Source of the DNA: Diplonema japonicum
Lineage: Eukaryota; Protista; Euglenozoa: Diplonemea
Length of the DNA stretch: 64,000 bases
Assembly (NCBI GenBank): GCA_964019335.1
Contig: OZ025711.1
Span: 434,001 to 498,000 of the forward strand
Direction: 5' to 3'
In this document: piece after piece, positions 1 through 12,354 of the stretch
Layout of the letters: each line of letters opens with the position of its first letter
Position numbering within the stretch: the stretch's first letter is position 1
Notes under the pieces: generated by a model
What the model was told of the DNA's origin: nothing
Database searches by the model: none
The model's input: the letters and a program-made list of their open reading frames with translations, nothing else
Position numbers and translations under genes: made by a program

Positions 1-3000
1 ACTTGTCTTTGAAAGGTGCCCAACCGAGATCCGTATCGTTGATGTAAAGAATGCCCGCGCGGGAAACGGTGGCAGGAGATGCGTTGCGGAGCTGCGAGAT
101 CTCGAAAACCATCCTCATAGAAGAGGTGAGGGGGATCCTGTCGTTGTTGGCCAGGGTAAGCATCTTGTTGTCGTCCATCACTGTGTTCATGGATTCGATC
201 CACTCCGTGTCAATTATCCCATCCAAGATGACCCATTTCATACACGAGTTTGTCTTCGATAACACACTGAACTCCTTGAAGATATGCGAGAGATGCCCTT
301 CCTTCCACTCCTTTGTCTGCTCATGAGCGCAGCCGTACATCTCGTTTGATGTAATCGCCTTGGGGTTGATCACTCTCGACTTGCATTTCCCTGGCTCTTG
401 TCTAGTGTAAGCTTGTTTCAGAGCGTTCCGGCATTCTGTTTTTCCGCACCCAGCAGGGCCGAGGATGAACACGGAATGGCGAACGCCAAGTAGTTCGTCC
501 AGTTGAAGGCATTTTAGAATGAACATGTCAGCCTCGCCGCTCAGCAAAGAGAGGTCTTTGCACGCTTCGATGCAGTTTGTCTGCAGCTCCGTGTCGATTC
601 TGGTGGTGACGTTCATGTTGGGGAAGAGTGCCTTGATGAGGCCCTTGAAGACATATACATCGTCCTTTGACAGTTTTGCGAGGTTTGTGTCGCGAAGAGC
701 ACGCAACAAAACTAGACGTTCGTTTAATTCGGGGTCGTTTCGTCGTAAGTTGCCGGCGATGACAAGCACACTCTTTACCGCGCGGAGGCCCCAGTCGTAG
801 TGCAGTTGTTGCGAGAGAAGCTCCTTGTTCAACTTGTACAGTTGCACAAATTTCATCGCCAAGTCCTTCGCCTCAACGAACCCTTCTGCCGCCAGCAAGA
901 TCTCACAGATGTTCTGAATGTCGGGGACCACCATTGCACACGGCCTAAACAATGACTTGATGTTTTCAGGAAGCTCCGTCCTCCCCGCGTAGCCCGGGTT
1001 CATTGTGATGAACATCCCGCACGACGGATTGAGCGAGATATCCTCCTCGTTCGCAAACTTGAAGTTCTTCTTATGCGTTCTAATCCCATACAGGATGGAA
1101 GACACCTGCGTGGCAACCACGGACAGCACTTCAATGGAGATTCTGTTGAATTCATCGAAGCACCCCCAGCACCCTGACATGGCCAGCCCCTTGAAGATCC
1201 TTCCCAGCCCTCGGAAGTCCATCTGGTCGGAGCAGTTGAACACATAGCAGGCGTTGCCCAGATTCCTGGCCAGGTCTTTTGTTGTTTCGGTTTTCCCGGT
1301 TCCTGCAGGACCCGCTGGGGCTCCGCCTTGGACGAGTTTCAATGCTTGCGTAAGTGTGATATAACATCTATCGGTGAGCTTTGTGACGACAAGACACCCG
1401 CACAGCCCGATGTACTCATGGCCATGGACAAACTCCGAGTCACAGATGCGGATGACGCACCCCTTTGTCTCGTCCCAATGGTACCTCAGCTGACTCTGCC
1501 ATGTGAAGTGTGTGTCTGACTCCGCGCGCTCATCGATGAGCCACTGCACGACGTCCCTGTTATGGACGTCTATGGTGATGAGGTGCACCAGCATTGCACG
1601 GTCGTTAGGGGTCAGGCTGCCGAGAACCAGCCGGATTTCCTCGGAGAGTTGTTTTTGCTGGACCTTCAAATAGTCTTTCAGAGCGGTCTCGTTTCCGTCC
1701 TCTAACTGGTTGAACGCGATGTTGGTCTCCCACGTGAACTGCAGTCTGCTGGCCACCACCACGGCTTGGCAGCAGTGGTTGAAGATCCATGATACTCTTG
1801 GGTTTTCCATGTACGAGGCGTTGGCGTCGTTGATCTTCGCCTTTACCGTCTTTTGCATTGAGTCGACACACCCGTCCAGCCATGATTCCACAGCACCCTC
1901 GCAGCAATACTCCATCGGCATTGCGATGGTCTCGCCTTGCAAGGACTTGAACCCGTTCACAACGTACTTTTCTTCCTCGTCGTTCTCAACAAACGTGAAG
2001 GTGTCTATGGCGTCGATGACCTTGCTCATATGGGTCATCACCTTAGTGGGGGTCGAGCCCTTGGACAGGATATCCACGAGGTCGCTGTCTGCGAGGAAGA
2101 AGAACCTAGGGAAGATCTTCTTCTTCGACTCCAAGTAGTCGGCCAGGGACTTCTCGCACTGCATCAAGACGTCCAGAATGATAGACAGAACCACCTCGAT
2201 GCCATCGTCGCGCTCCAGCAGCTTCTTCGCAAGATCCGTGCAACAGATCTCAACGACGTTGGTGGTGGTGTGTACCTTATCCATCAGCTCGCGGTACAGC
2301 TCGTCAGCGGATTCGAATCTTTTGGCGTCTTCAGGCAGGGACTGTCGGATGTCCTGCGATATGATGAAGATCGGGTACAAGTTCACCCAGCGCTTCTGGA
2401 CATCCATCCACGCCTGCAGCGTGCTTTCAATCCTCCCGAGGTTGTCCATCCACTTGTTAACAGGCTCTTGGAAGAAGTCCACAAACCGGTTCGACTGCAT
2501 TTGCTGCAGCATGTTCGTGTCGCTGTCAAGCACCTCCACCACGTCGTCGATCTTTGCCAGCACCCATGCGGTGAGAGTCTCATCCTTCGTGTATGACAGC
2601 GACTGGGTTTCCCACGTTGCGATCACTCTGTTGATGTTCGACTCGAGCTGCAGCTCCTTTGAAGCCTTCTCCACTGTGTTCTGTACTGCGTCTTGATGTT
2701 CGTGCAGTCCCAACGACATGAGCACTTCTAAGGTGCACGATGGGCTCCTTGGGTTGATGCCCATCCCCGCGTGGCCTGTCTCTTTGAACAACAGGTGCCA
2801 ATGCCTCTCTCGCATGGCGTCCTCACGTAGGTCTTGGATCAGCGGAAGAGACAGTGACATTCGCTTCACGTCGTTGTGAAGCCCTTCGAAGCACTTCCAC
2901 GATTTAGCTTTCGTAGACGGCCCCTTGAGCTGCTTGAACAACTTTGACACCTCGTCTGACAGGTCGTCCACGTTCACTTCCAAAAAAGGCGTTCCATTCC

Positions 3001-6000
3001 AGAAGTTGAACATGGCACGCCCGTGTGCGATTAGATCCCAGATGCCCTTCAACATCTTGAGCTTGTGTCTGCATTCTTTCAGAAGACGGAACTCTGTCTT
3101 GGCGAGGTCGAAGAGAACTTGCTCCGCGTGAATGCGCCCAGCCTCTGCCTCAAGGTTGGAGAGCTTAAGGTGGATTTCGTCCATCTCTTCGTACGCCTGT
3201 TCAGTGTCGGAAAGGTACGCGAATGGTCCAGTTGTATCAAACCACTCGGAGAAAGCCTCGAGTGAGTCCTGGAACTGTGCAGCCTGCTCCTCCACTCTGT
3301 CTGCTTCCTGGTCTTGTATCTTGCTGAATTCCTCTCGCACGTTGAGGCTCTTTTTGAACAGGGCTGACCACGCTTCGGGCCCGTCTCGACGGAGGTCCTC
3401 CAGATCCGACAGCACGTCCTCCCCTACACACTGGTGCCTCTTCAGCATCTCTAACACCTCACGGATGGGTTCGAACATGACCTGAGCCTTGTCGTTCACT
3501 CTCTTGCAACCCCCGATCCACTTCATGATGGTCTTCAGCCCTTCAAGATCGCCATCGTCGACAGGTTTTTCCAGCTCCCTCTCTGCGTCCTTGATGAATG
3601 TGTTGAAACTAGTGAGCTCGTTGCGCGTCTTCTTGACGAGGTGCTGCACATACATTGCCTTCCACTTCGAACAGTAGTCCCGCAGAGCTAGCTTGATGGG
3701 CTTGGCGTCGACACGCACCCACCCGCATTGTTGCCCATCTGGCAACGCGGAGATGTTTTCGTGTATCTTGTCGTACTTGATTATCATCTTGCTGTAGTCT
3801 TCAAGGCTGGCACCGCTGAAGAACTCTGCTTGGAACGATTTAGCGGTGATCTGCTTTTCCATGTCGTCTTCTGCCTGGGGTTCGTGCTCGCCTAGGAACT
3901 CATCGAAAGCCTCCTGCATGGGTACATTCCACAGGTCGGCGAACGATGTGTACTGCTTGTGGAAGGTCTCGCAGGTCGTGATGGAGGTGGCGACAAGCTT
4001 CTGGATATTGCTGCTCAGCTCCTCGCACTCAACATTGTTCGTGATGTTGATGTAGAAGTTCTCGGAGGGCTCGTCCAGTCTTGTGAAGGAACCGCTGTCT
4101 TGCTTGATGTCGTTGATCCAAGCAAGTACCATCGCCTCAAGGGAATCTGTAGTGCCGCGAAGGGAAGGAACGAAAGTGTCCTTCATGGCCTCGGGGTCCG
4201 ACTGGTCCAGGATAAGTTTAATATCGAGAAGGGGGATACCAGAGTGTGATGTCAACCACTCACCATTCAGCTGGTTTTTCAAATTGGACAGCGAGTGCAC
4301 TACCGAAGATACCACCAGCGACCTTACCACACCATTCACATGCTGCACATATGCATTCCAACACTCATCGTCAGGGGTGAAGGGTTCGCTCCCTTTCTGT
4401 ACCTTCAAAGTGTTCAGTGCAGTGAATCCGGACTCAAGCAAGGCAGATATATCTGTCGATCTGTTCACACCACTCTCACATTTCAGTCTTCTGTACTCGC
4501 TGTACTTTCTGATGAAGTCGTCCAGAGGCATGGTCTTGCTGTCTTTCGGGTCCAGTGGGAGGAACTTGTCTTCTTCGATATGCTGCTTGATAATCTTTTC
4601 GATGTTGCTCACAGTCGTGCTGAGAGCTTGTAGAACGGACGAGATGTCGACTACATTCTGCGTGACTTCTTTAATGAAGTCGTCGACACTGTCGGAGACC
4701 CATGTGAGCCCCACAACTCCTGATTGGAGTCCGTCGTCGCACTGCTTGAACTCCTCTTCCACAAGGGGTCTCTCAACAGCAAGCATCGACTCCTTCATGG
4801 AGTTGTAAAGGTTGCACATGGCCTCTAGTTTCAGGATTTGCCCACGGAGCATGGGCGTGTTGGTGAAGACATGCTTGGCTGATGGTGGGACGTCGTACTG
4901 GTTCTTCTCACCTTCTTCTTGCTCGTTGAAGCCTTCCACGTATGCCACTTCTTTTAGAAGCTTTGTCAGCTCCCCATCGAAGTTTACTCTCAGAATCTCG
5001 CCGGATTTTTTCAGAAGGGAGTATTTCAGCATCTCTTGTGTCCCGCCCACGCCGTCCACCCATTTGTTGGCCTGCTGCGACAGGTAGCCGTTGAGGTTCG
5101 CCACCAATGTGCTGTGCAAACCCATTGCTTCGTTCCATATCTCCATTTGTTTCACTGATGGAGACACTACATCGCCCAGCCTTTCTAAGGGTTGGTTTAT
5201 CCTGTCTAAAAGGGACCGTGCCCAAGCGAGCTTTGCAGCCGTGGGCGGCATCCTGTCGTAGACTTGCGTAAAACGTTCGTATTGGTCCGCCCGTGTGTGT
5301 TTGCCGGTGGGGAACACGGTGCCATCGTCTCTAGCGGTTGCGACGAGGGCGCGGGCGAAATTTCGTGGGTCGGCAGCTTTGCGGTCGCGCTGCTGTTGCT
5401 CCGTGATGGATTCCTGAACGGCGAGGAGGTCGTCTTGGTACTTTTTAACGACCTCTACCTGGCGTTGAAGCCACTCCTGCTGGATGTGCGACCTGTCAAG
5501 GAAGCCTTCAAACGAGTCGACCAGCTTAAAAGTGCTGGAGAGCGTCCTACTGTCATGGAGAGAGGTGGCAAGGATGCTCCCGAGCTTCTTCTCGAGAAGC
5601 TTCGTGTTGTTCCGAAAGGTGGTGAAGTACTCGTCGAACTCGGGCTCCTCCACATCCAACAAATTGATGGGAGCCTTAATGAACTCCATGTGCGCAATGG
5701 TGAAATCGGTGAAGACTGAGGTGATTGCTGTGCAGGCTTCGGGTCCGTTTGTTCCGCCTACGATGACACGCCCGAGATCGGGGTCGAGTTTGGAGAAGAG
5801 CATCGATGTTTCAAGAACATCAAGCAGATCGTGGCACCTCTCAAGAAATGCGTCGAGCCTAGTGAACAGTGAGTTGTTGTGGAACCTCCACGGGCCCTTT
5901 TCAGAGCTTTTTGAAGCCTTCGCCTTGGCCTTGAAGTAGACAGACTTGAAATGCCCGCACACGGCAAGGCAGGTGGAGAGCTTCTCAATCGCTTCGTCAG

Positions 6001-7138
6001 GGTCGATGACAAACAAATCGTCAATGTCAACAAAGATTTTCGCGGAGGAGATAACATCGTTGCTAACCTCGCGAATGAGGACAACGACGCGGGCGGGGGT
6101 GTTGTAGTACTTGGAGTGCTCCCACAGGAGCGAGACGAAATGAAACAGCTTTTCGAATGTTTTCTCTTCAACCAGATCGTTGAAGGGCAGGGCTTGCGTT
6201 GTTGCCGTTCCCGCGAGCAAGGCAACGGGCGAGCTCACACCGTCCCACAACGGCGTCAAAAACCGCAGATTATCCGAAGCCTCTAAACATGCGACGCTTA
6301 GTTCCTTTTGCAGTTGTTGGAACGGTTCGTAATAACTCGATCCCGCGGTTTGAAGAACGTCGAGGATCTTGAGAATGGTGGGGGTGGCGAGTTGTTCTTC
6401 GAGCCCGCGAAGATCCGCTGTTTTTTGCTGCCAGAAGCGGATTTCATGCAACACGCTTGGCACGCCTTTTGTGAATGGATGCGCTGGCTCGAACAAGGAT
6501 GATGGGGCGAGCTGAATAGCATGCCGCGCTTGACCTGTCCACCCGACTACCACGGACTCCAACTGATATACTATATCTTTGTCGCGGCCACGATGCGAGA
6601 GATCGACAGTTGGCAACGGGAGCTGGCTTTTCCCCTCGGACAACCCCTGCGCGACTAGAAGCGAGCTTCGGAACGAGTCGAATTTCGCCCGCAGCTGATC
6701 GTGGATTCTTTCAGGCACTATCTCCATGTTCTCCTTGATCTTCAGGAGGGACGGGTTCACGTGGGTTTGCGTGTACAGAAGCGACTCTAAAGGCTGCGGG
6801 TGAAGCTCGCCGAACTGTAGAATTTGTGTTATGTTCTCCGTTTTAACAATGGCTGGTTGTCGTTTCAAGAAGTACAGTGCTTTTTTCGAGCCGAAGTCCT
6901 CTGCTGGTTCCATTGTCACCACCGGCTGCGAGCCGCTGAGGAAAACGTATAATACCGATGTTTCCTTGTGGTCTAAAAATTCTTTCATCAGCACAACTTG
7001 ATCGTCATCGTCCAGCCTGTCCATCTCTTTTTTTTTCAGCCATGGTTTGAAGGCCGCCGTGACCCTTGATATCAGCCAGGATATTCTTTTGTCGTTCTGA
7101 GACAGGTCGTCCTCCATTGGATGGTCTTTCATCCCCAT
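1..7138 (-). CDS. Axonemal dynein heavy chain, probably outer-arm beta type (5' part; continues beyond window start)
   Basis: Absent from the ORF track because there is no stop in the window. ATG at 7138 (MGMKDHPMEDD...) is in the same frame as ...NASPATVSRAGILYINDTDLGWAPFKDK at position 2. AAA1 P-loop GPAGTGKTETT at about 1280-1315 and AAA2 P-loop GPAGCGKT at about 437-460. About 2379 codons; frame continuity suggests no introns. Confidence 0.95.
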   Translation of the reverse strand, partial: MGMKDHPMEDDLSQNDKRISWLISRVTAAFKPWLKKKEMDRLDDDDQVVLMKEFLDHKETSVLYVFLSGSQPVVTMEPAEDFGSKKALYFLKRQPAIVKTENITQILQFGELHPQPLESLLYTQTHVNPSLLKIKENMEIVPERIHDQLRAKFDSFRSSLLVAQGLSEGKSQLPLPTVDLSHRGRDKDIVYQLESVVVGWTGQARHAIQLAPSSLFEPAHPFTKGVPSVLHEIRFWQQKTADLRGLEEQLATPTILKILDVLQTAGSSYYEPFQQLQKELSVACLEASDNLRFLTPLWDGVSSPVALLAGTATTQALPFNDLVEEKTFEKLFHFVSLLWEHSKYYNTPARVVVLIREVSNDVISSAKIFVDIDDLFVIDPDEAIEKLSTCLAVCGHFKSVYFKAKAKASKSSEKGPWRFHNNSLFTRLDAFLERCHDLLDVLETSMLFSKLDPDLGRVIVGGTNGPEACTAITSVFTDFTIAHMEFIKAPINLLDVEEPEFDEYFTTFRNNTKLLEKKLGSILATSLHDSRTLSSTFKLVDSFEGFLDRSHIQQEWLQRQVEVVKKYQDDLLAVQESITEQQQRDRKAADPRNFARALVATARDDGTVFPTGKHTRADQYERFTQVYDRMPPTAAKLAWARSLLDRINQPLERLGDVVSPSVKQMEIWNEAMGLHSTLVANLNGYLSQQANKWVDGVGGTQEMLKYSLLKKSGEILRVNFDGELTKLLKEVAYVEGFNEQEEGEKNQYDVPPSAKHVFTNTPMLRGQILKLEAMCNLYNSMKESMLAVERPLVEEEFKQCDDGLQSGVVGLTWVSDSVDDFIKEVTQNVVDISSVLQALSTTVSNIEKIIKQHIEEDKFLPLDPKDSKTMPLDDFIRKYSEYRRLKCESGVNRSTDISALLESGFTALNTLKVQKGSEPFTPDDECWNAYVQHVNGVVRSLVVSSVVHSLSNLKNQLNGEWLTSHSGIPLLDIKLILDQSDPEAMKDTFVPSLRGTTDSLEAMVLAWINDIKQDSGSFTRLDEPSENFYINITNNVECEELSSNIQKLVATSITTCETFHKQYTSFADLWNVPMQEAFDEFLGEHEPQAEDDMEKQITAKSFQAEFFSGASLEDYSKMIIKYDKIHENISALPDGQQCGWVRVDAKPIKLALRDYCSKWKAMYVQHLVKKTRNELTSFNTFIKDAERELEKPVDDGDLEGLKTIMKWIGGCKRVNDKAQVMFEPIREVLEMLKRHQCVGEDVLSDLEDLRRDGPEAWSALFKKSLNVREEFSKIQDQEADRVEEQAAQFQDSLEAFSEWFDTTGPFAYLSDTEQAYEEMDEIHLKLSNLEAEAGRIHAEQVLFDLAKTEFRLLKECRHKLKMLKGIWDLIAHGRAMFNFWNGTPFLEVNVDDLSDEVSKLFKQLKGPSTKAKSWKCFEGLHNDVKRMSLSLPLIQDLREDAMRERHWHLLFKETGHAGMGINPRSPSCTLEVLMSLGLHEHQDAVQNTVEKASKELQLESNINRVIATWETQSLSYTKDETLTAWVLAKIDDVVEVLDSDTNMLQQMQSNRFVDFFQEPVNKWMDNLGRIESTLQAWMDVQKRWVNLYPIFIISQDIRQSLPEDAKRFESADELYRELMDKVHTTTNVVEICCTDLAKKLLERDDGIEVVLSIILDVLMQCEKSLADYLESKKKIFPRFFFLADSDLVDILSKGSTPTKVMTHMSKVIDAIDTFTFVENDEEEKYVVNGFKSLQGETIAMPMEYCCEGAVESWLDGCVDSMQKTVKAKINDANASYMENPRVSWIFNHCCQAVVVASRLQFTWETNIAFNQLEDGNETALKDYLKVQQKQLSEEIRLVLGSLTPNDRAMLVHLITIDVHNRDVVQWLIDERAESDTHFTWQSQLRYHWDETKGCVIRICDSEFVHGHEYIGLCGCLVVTKLTDRCYITLTQALKLVQGGAPAGPAGTGKTETTKDLARNLGNACYVFNCSDQMDFRGLGRIFKGLAMSGCWGCFDEFNRISIEVLSVVATQVSSILYGIRTHKKNFKFANEEDISLNPSCGMFITMNPGYAGRTELPENIKSLFRPCAMVVPDIQNICEILLAAEGFVEAKDLAMKFVQLYKLNKELLSQQLHYDWGLRAVKSVLVIAGNLRRNDPELNERLVLLRALRDTNLAKLSKDDVYVFKGLIKALFPNMNVTTRIDTELQTNCIEACKDLSLLSGEADMFILKCLQLDELLGVRHSVFILGPAGCGKTECRNALKQAYTRQEPGKCKSRVINPKAITSNEMYGCAHEQTKEWKEGHLSHIFKEFSVLSKTNSCMKWVILDGIIDTEWIESMNTVMDDNKMLTLANNDRIPLTSSMRMVFEISQLRNASPATVSRAGILYINDTDLGWAPFKDK

Positions 7139-8026
7139 TTTCTTTTTTTTTTTTTTTTTTTTTCCGACGCTCCCGTCCCTCCTCTTTCGCCCCCCTCCCT
7201 CCCTCTCCTTTAGTTTTATTTTAGAAAATAAAAGGAAGAAATGAAATAGCTGGGGGAACAACGGCAAGAGAGAAACCCCCCCTGGACAGAATGCAATTGG
7301 GGGGGGGGGGGGGGGAGGGAGGGGGGGGGGAAAAAGGAATTTCTTTTTTTTTTTTTTTTGCACAACATAAATTTCATATGTTTTCCCTGTCTCTCTTTCC
7401 CACCCCCCTTTTTTTTTCTCCTCGATGAGGTTTTTTTTTTTTTTTTTCTATTTCCCCCTGATACTTAAAGGAAGGGGAATGGGGCTGAAAAAAAAGAAAG
7501 AAAATAATTTAAGGTGGGCAAGTAGCCCCACCATCGTGGAGTCCCACCTTACATACAAAAGGGAAGAAGATATAAAAATAAAAATAAAAATAAAAATAAA
7601 ATAAAAAAGACGGAAACAGAGCGGGGAGGGGGGGAGTGGTAAATCTATACTTCTTATATTTCATTTTTGTTTTTTTTTTTTTTTTTTGCGTTTTCACATT
7701 CCCCCCCCCCTCTTTTTTTGTTCTTTTTTTATCCTGCCCCTTCCCCCTCCCTGTCATGTTTGGGCACGCACCCCCATTCCACTTATTCTGTTGTTACAAT
7801 CAAAAAAAAGAAAAAATTCCCCCACCATAAGAACTAAGGGGAGGGTACATAAGGGTGCACAAAAAAAATACAGGGAGGGAAGAGCTGAGGTGTTTTTTTT
7901 TTTTTTTTGTCGTTTTTTTTTTAAAAATAATTTATCCGCTCTTACATGGAGTCGTACGGGAATGCACTGGGATGAGTCTGGTTTTTTTTTTTTTTTTTTT
8001 TTTTTAAATTTGTACTTCCCCCAATA

Positions 8027-11000
8027 TCACACCTGAAGATGACCATTTTGGTAAACATCTACCGGGCCAGTGGTTTGCGAAACAGTAGGACTTGTGATGC
8101 TTGCAGAGGGGCTCCTCACGTGGTGGGGAGAGGGAGCCAGGGAAGACATCGAGGAAATCAAATGCTGTGAGTTCGTGAGTGGCTGATGGATAGCAGGAGC
8201 TTGGAAAAGAGGATTGCTGTTATTCAATAAAGGTTTCGTGGGTGAGGGAGGCACGGCTGCTTGCTTCGCCCACGGGGCATCTAGATGCATGTTGGCCAGA
8301 TACTCCAACTGCTGGCGTTCCTGTTAAAAGTGGGGAGAAGAAAAAAAAAGGGGGGAAAAAACCTGTGCATGCGGATTCGGCTCCATGGACTCTTTCTGCG
8401 GTCTATCGTCTTTCTTTTTATACTTCTTGACCATCTGCCTAGGGAACAGTTTTGGTGCTTCCTATACAGAAAAATTTTTTTGTTTTTTTTATAAAAAAGA
8501 ACCCCCCTCACATACATTCTTAAGTCTATGTCTGTCGAAATCAGTTATCAGCCCATCTTTCTTCTTTCGTTCCCACGCTTGGATGACATGAGTCAGATTG
8601 GGTTCGAAGTTGCGCTTGAAACTGAGGAAAAGAAGGGGGAAGAAAAAAAAAAGAAATTAACACACACACACAAAAAGAAAAAAAAAAGGAACAAAAAAAA
8701 CATACCATTTCCACCCAAAATCACGAATCAAAGCTATCGTGACAGTGAGGAATACGGCAAGCCAGATGATAGGGTGGGAAAAGAGACGGTAGACGAGATA
8801 CCTTTTTTTTTTTTTTTTTTTTTTTTAAACCCATACCAAGAAGGATGTGCGGTGTGCAGTCTGAACCCACCGATCGTCGAAATAGAGAAATAAACACACA
8901 GGAAGACGAACCAAGACGCAAGAGACCCCACAAGCAGGATAATGTTGATCTGGGTCCAAGAAGAAGATTCAAAAGCACACTTCAAGGTCACCGTGAAGAT
9001 GACAGCAGTGTATGACGTCAGGCCCTGCGCGGGGAGGCCCAGCGCCCAGCCGTTATCAGGATGAGCAACTTCATCTAAGGAGAACCGCGGGATAAACAAA
9101 CAGATGGCGGAGTGCAGGATCGCATTTATCGTGAACTTCCAAAACACCGCTGTATTGAACAGTTTTGACTTCCTCCCATCGTCATAAAGCTCAGGGAACT
9201 GTTCGATACCAGCGGAGTCTGAATCGCCAACCAGTCTCTTTGGTTCGATATCCCTGTCGAAAACAGCAAGACCCACAATGGGTAACGATGTGAAGATTAC
9301 ATTGTAGGCAGAAAGAGACCAAGGATCGTAAAGAGACTGCCCGGTGAAGGAGTTGTAGAAACAATACCAAAACTGCGTCAGGTAGAGACAAATGTTTTTG
9401 TAGAACGAGTAGAGGATCAATTTGCTGTTTCGCCTGTAGTTCCACCGGCCGTGCACCAACAACAACCGCTGGAGATATCTAAACTGGCCAATGGCGTAGT
9501 CTGCTGCGTTCGCTGCCTGCAACCCCTCCAGTCCTGAAATACCAACACCGACGTGAGCTTCCTTGATCATCGACACGTCATTGGCACCGTCTCCGATTGC
9601 CAAGGTTACCTCTGCAAGGTTTTGTTTGACAAGCCGGACAACCTGCGCTTTCTGTCCGGGTGTCACCCGGCAGCATATGACAACTTTGCAGTGTTTAGCG
9701 ATGTTCAAGAAATGCGTTGAATTTTCAGGGCGGACGTCGGTGTTTTGATCGCCCAGGATAAGCTGGAGGGTGCCGCCTTGTACCACTATGCCGAGCTCCT
9801 GACCGTAGTCTCTCCGAACGCTGTCGGCGTCGCGTGCGAAATTCTGCAGCGTTTGCGTGATATTCGATTGTGTTACAGCGTCGTGAAACTTGAACAGACC
9901 CATATCGTTGTTGAGCAATGCGCACGCGAACCCGATGTTGATCGCGGTTTCCTGTTTGTCCCCCGTCAACACCCATACGTTGATCCCTGCTGTTCGTAGA
10001 AGTTCGATCGTTGCCGGGACGCCCTTTTGAAGCTTGTCCTCGATTGCCGTTGTTCCAAGGAGATCCAGGTTCTGTTCTATCTCTTCTGCAGCGTCCGCCA
10101 CCATTTTCTCTCGGTTTCCGATGTCTTCGGTGGCTTTTTTGTATTTTGGAGCCCACTTGATGTACTCTTTCTCATCGAGTTCTGTTTGCGCGATCACCAG
10201 CGTTCGCAAGCCGTCTCGAGCGAATTTTGTAAGAAACTGTCTGTTTTTCTCTTGGATTTCCAGTTCCTTCTCGGTGACGTTGGTTTTAAGTCGCTCGTAG
10301 ATAACGGTGTCCGCGCCCTTGCAGAAAAGGAGAAGCTTGCCGTTTGGGTCGCGGACGACGACGGACATTCGTTTGCGGTCGGAGTTAAACTCAAGAACAT
10401 GGAGGAGACCCCACTTCTCTGTGACACACCCGCCGCCCCGTTGCCGGATCTTCAACACAACTGTGTCAGCACCTTCGGTCCCCATGAACTCCACCCCCAG
10501 GTATTTTACACCACTTACAAGACAGTTTTCGTCGGGCGACTGTGCTTGATATTTCAGCTGGTCACCGTTTTTCTCCGCAACTACAGTATGGCACACTGCA
10601 AGTACCTTGAAGAAGTAAGAGAGTTCTGCAGCGTTTGGCTGGTCCATCCAGTTCCATTTCACACCTCGACCGTCCTCGTCAGATATCCTCTTGTCGTAGA
10701 AGAAGAACCCCTTCACAAGCTTGATGTTGCTCGGCCTGTCATCATTGAGCATCGTGCCCTCACGCGCGGCAGCGGCGCGACCGATCTCCGTGGTCCCTGT
10801 TCCGTAATGTGACTCTCCGACGGAAAACTTCAGGAAATCCATTACGTTGCATGTTAACGTCCCGGTTTTATCAGAGAAAACGTATTGAACCTGACCAAGC
10901 TCTTCATTAAGGGACGATGTGTCTGCCTTTGCTGGCATGTCTGCCTCGGCGTAGTACATCTCAAGGTCGTTTCTGATGAGGTCTGCCTGGACAAGCTTCA

Positions 11001-12108
11001 CGACTTCCATGGAGACGTACAAGGAAATCGGGATTAAATTGTTGAACAAGATCACGAACGTCCAAAAACCTACAAATCCGCTGACGAAAGGTGTGCTGAG
11101 ATCGGACGGTTCGAGATACCAATGATCCTCGAAATCGCTGGTTGCAAGACCAAGACCTATAGCGCACACAAGACAGAACATAATCTGCGCTGCGAATATC
11201 CTGAAAATTTGCTGGTTTGTGCTCAGTTCCAACTGGGAGGTCTTCATCTCTGAATCCTTTTGGTTCTTCATCAGCTTTGTCTCCTTCCCCGTGTACACCA
11301 CCGTTCCCATAACCCTTGGAACACTGCTTCCCAGCTTCGCACCCCTCAATAAAACACTCTCCACATCGACAGGGGCTCGGGACGTTCTGTTTGTCCTGTC
11401 CTTCCTCTCGAGGTACCCTTCGAATTTATACATATCCTCATCAGGAGGTTTGCAGGCAAGGGTTCCGGTGTAGTTTTCAGGGTGTCTTGGATCGAAGCCG
11501 GGTAAAGGTGACGCGCTGGATACCGAAACATGGCATTTTCGGAGTTTAAGATTGGTTTCTCCGTCAAGATTTGCGGTCTGAATGTGACAAAGCCCCTTCT
11601 CAGAACCCGTGTAAAGGAGCAGGATATCAGCTGCAAACTCCGTTTCCCTAGGGACCTCAATGACGTCGCCCACACAAATTTCCTTCCATGTGACGTCAAG
11701 CCAACTGCCATCTCGAAATACACGTGCTGGTTGGTTGTTGGTTTCCTTGTCACGCTTGTGTCGTTGCCAGTCTTCGTGGGAGTCCTTTACTAACGATACG
11801 AAAAGAACGAAGGCAAGAGGGACTAGTGTAGTGTACTTCCCTGTTGGGGACAGACCGGGGATGAGCTGCAGAGACGCGACCACCAAGAAGTACATATTGG
11901 CGTAACGGTGAAACTGCTCGTACAAATTTCTCCACAGGAAGAATCGAGGCGACATCGGGAACAGGTTGTACTTGCTTGTCGTCACTTCGTTGCTGCAGTA
12001 CGTCTTGCTGTTTACCGCGTAGTTCCCGATGTCGATCTTTCGCATGTCCTGCTCGACACCGTCTCTGTCATCGTCCAGAAGCGGTTCTACCGTGTCCTCC
12101 CCTCCCAT
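8027..12108 (-). CDS. P4-type ATPase (phospholipid flippase), 5 exons
   Basis: Motifs LDGETNLK, PISLYVS, DKTGTLT, LTGDKQETA, GDGANDVSMI. GT-AG introns at 8802-8830, 8622-8705, 8462-8515 and 8321-8362 restore one frame (WYG|YLVYRLFSHPIIWLAVFLTVTIALIRDFGWK|CFKRNFEP...) that joins ORF 8027..8308. Confidence 0.93.
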
Positions 12109-12354
12109 TGCTTCTGGTGGCTGTCCGTGGCACCACAGCCCATCCTGGAGATTGTTTTTTTTTTTTTAAAGCAAAAAAAAAAAAAAAAAAAAAAAAAACA
12201 CAAAAAAATTGTAACGACTCCCCTCCCTTCAGCAGAATACAAAACATCAACATGATCGGAAGAAAAGAAAAGAAAAAAAAAGAGAAAGAAAATATAAAAT
12301 AGGCAGCGCTGGTGTTACGTCTGCAACAAAAAAAAAATTTTTTTTTTCTTTTTT

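Noticed and set aside
51-6522. Many short ORFs over the first 6.5 kb
   Set aside because: They are antisense or off-frame shadows of the dynein heavy chain frame.
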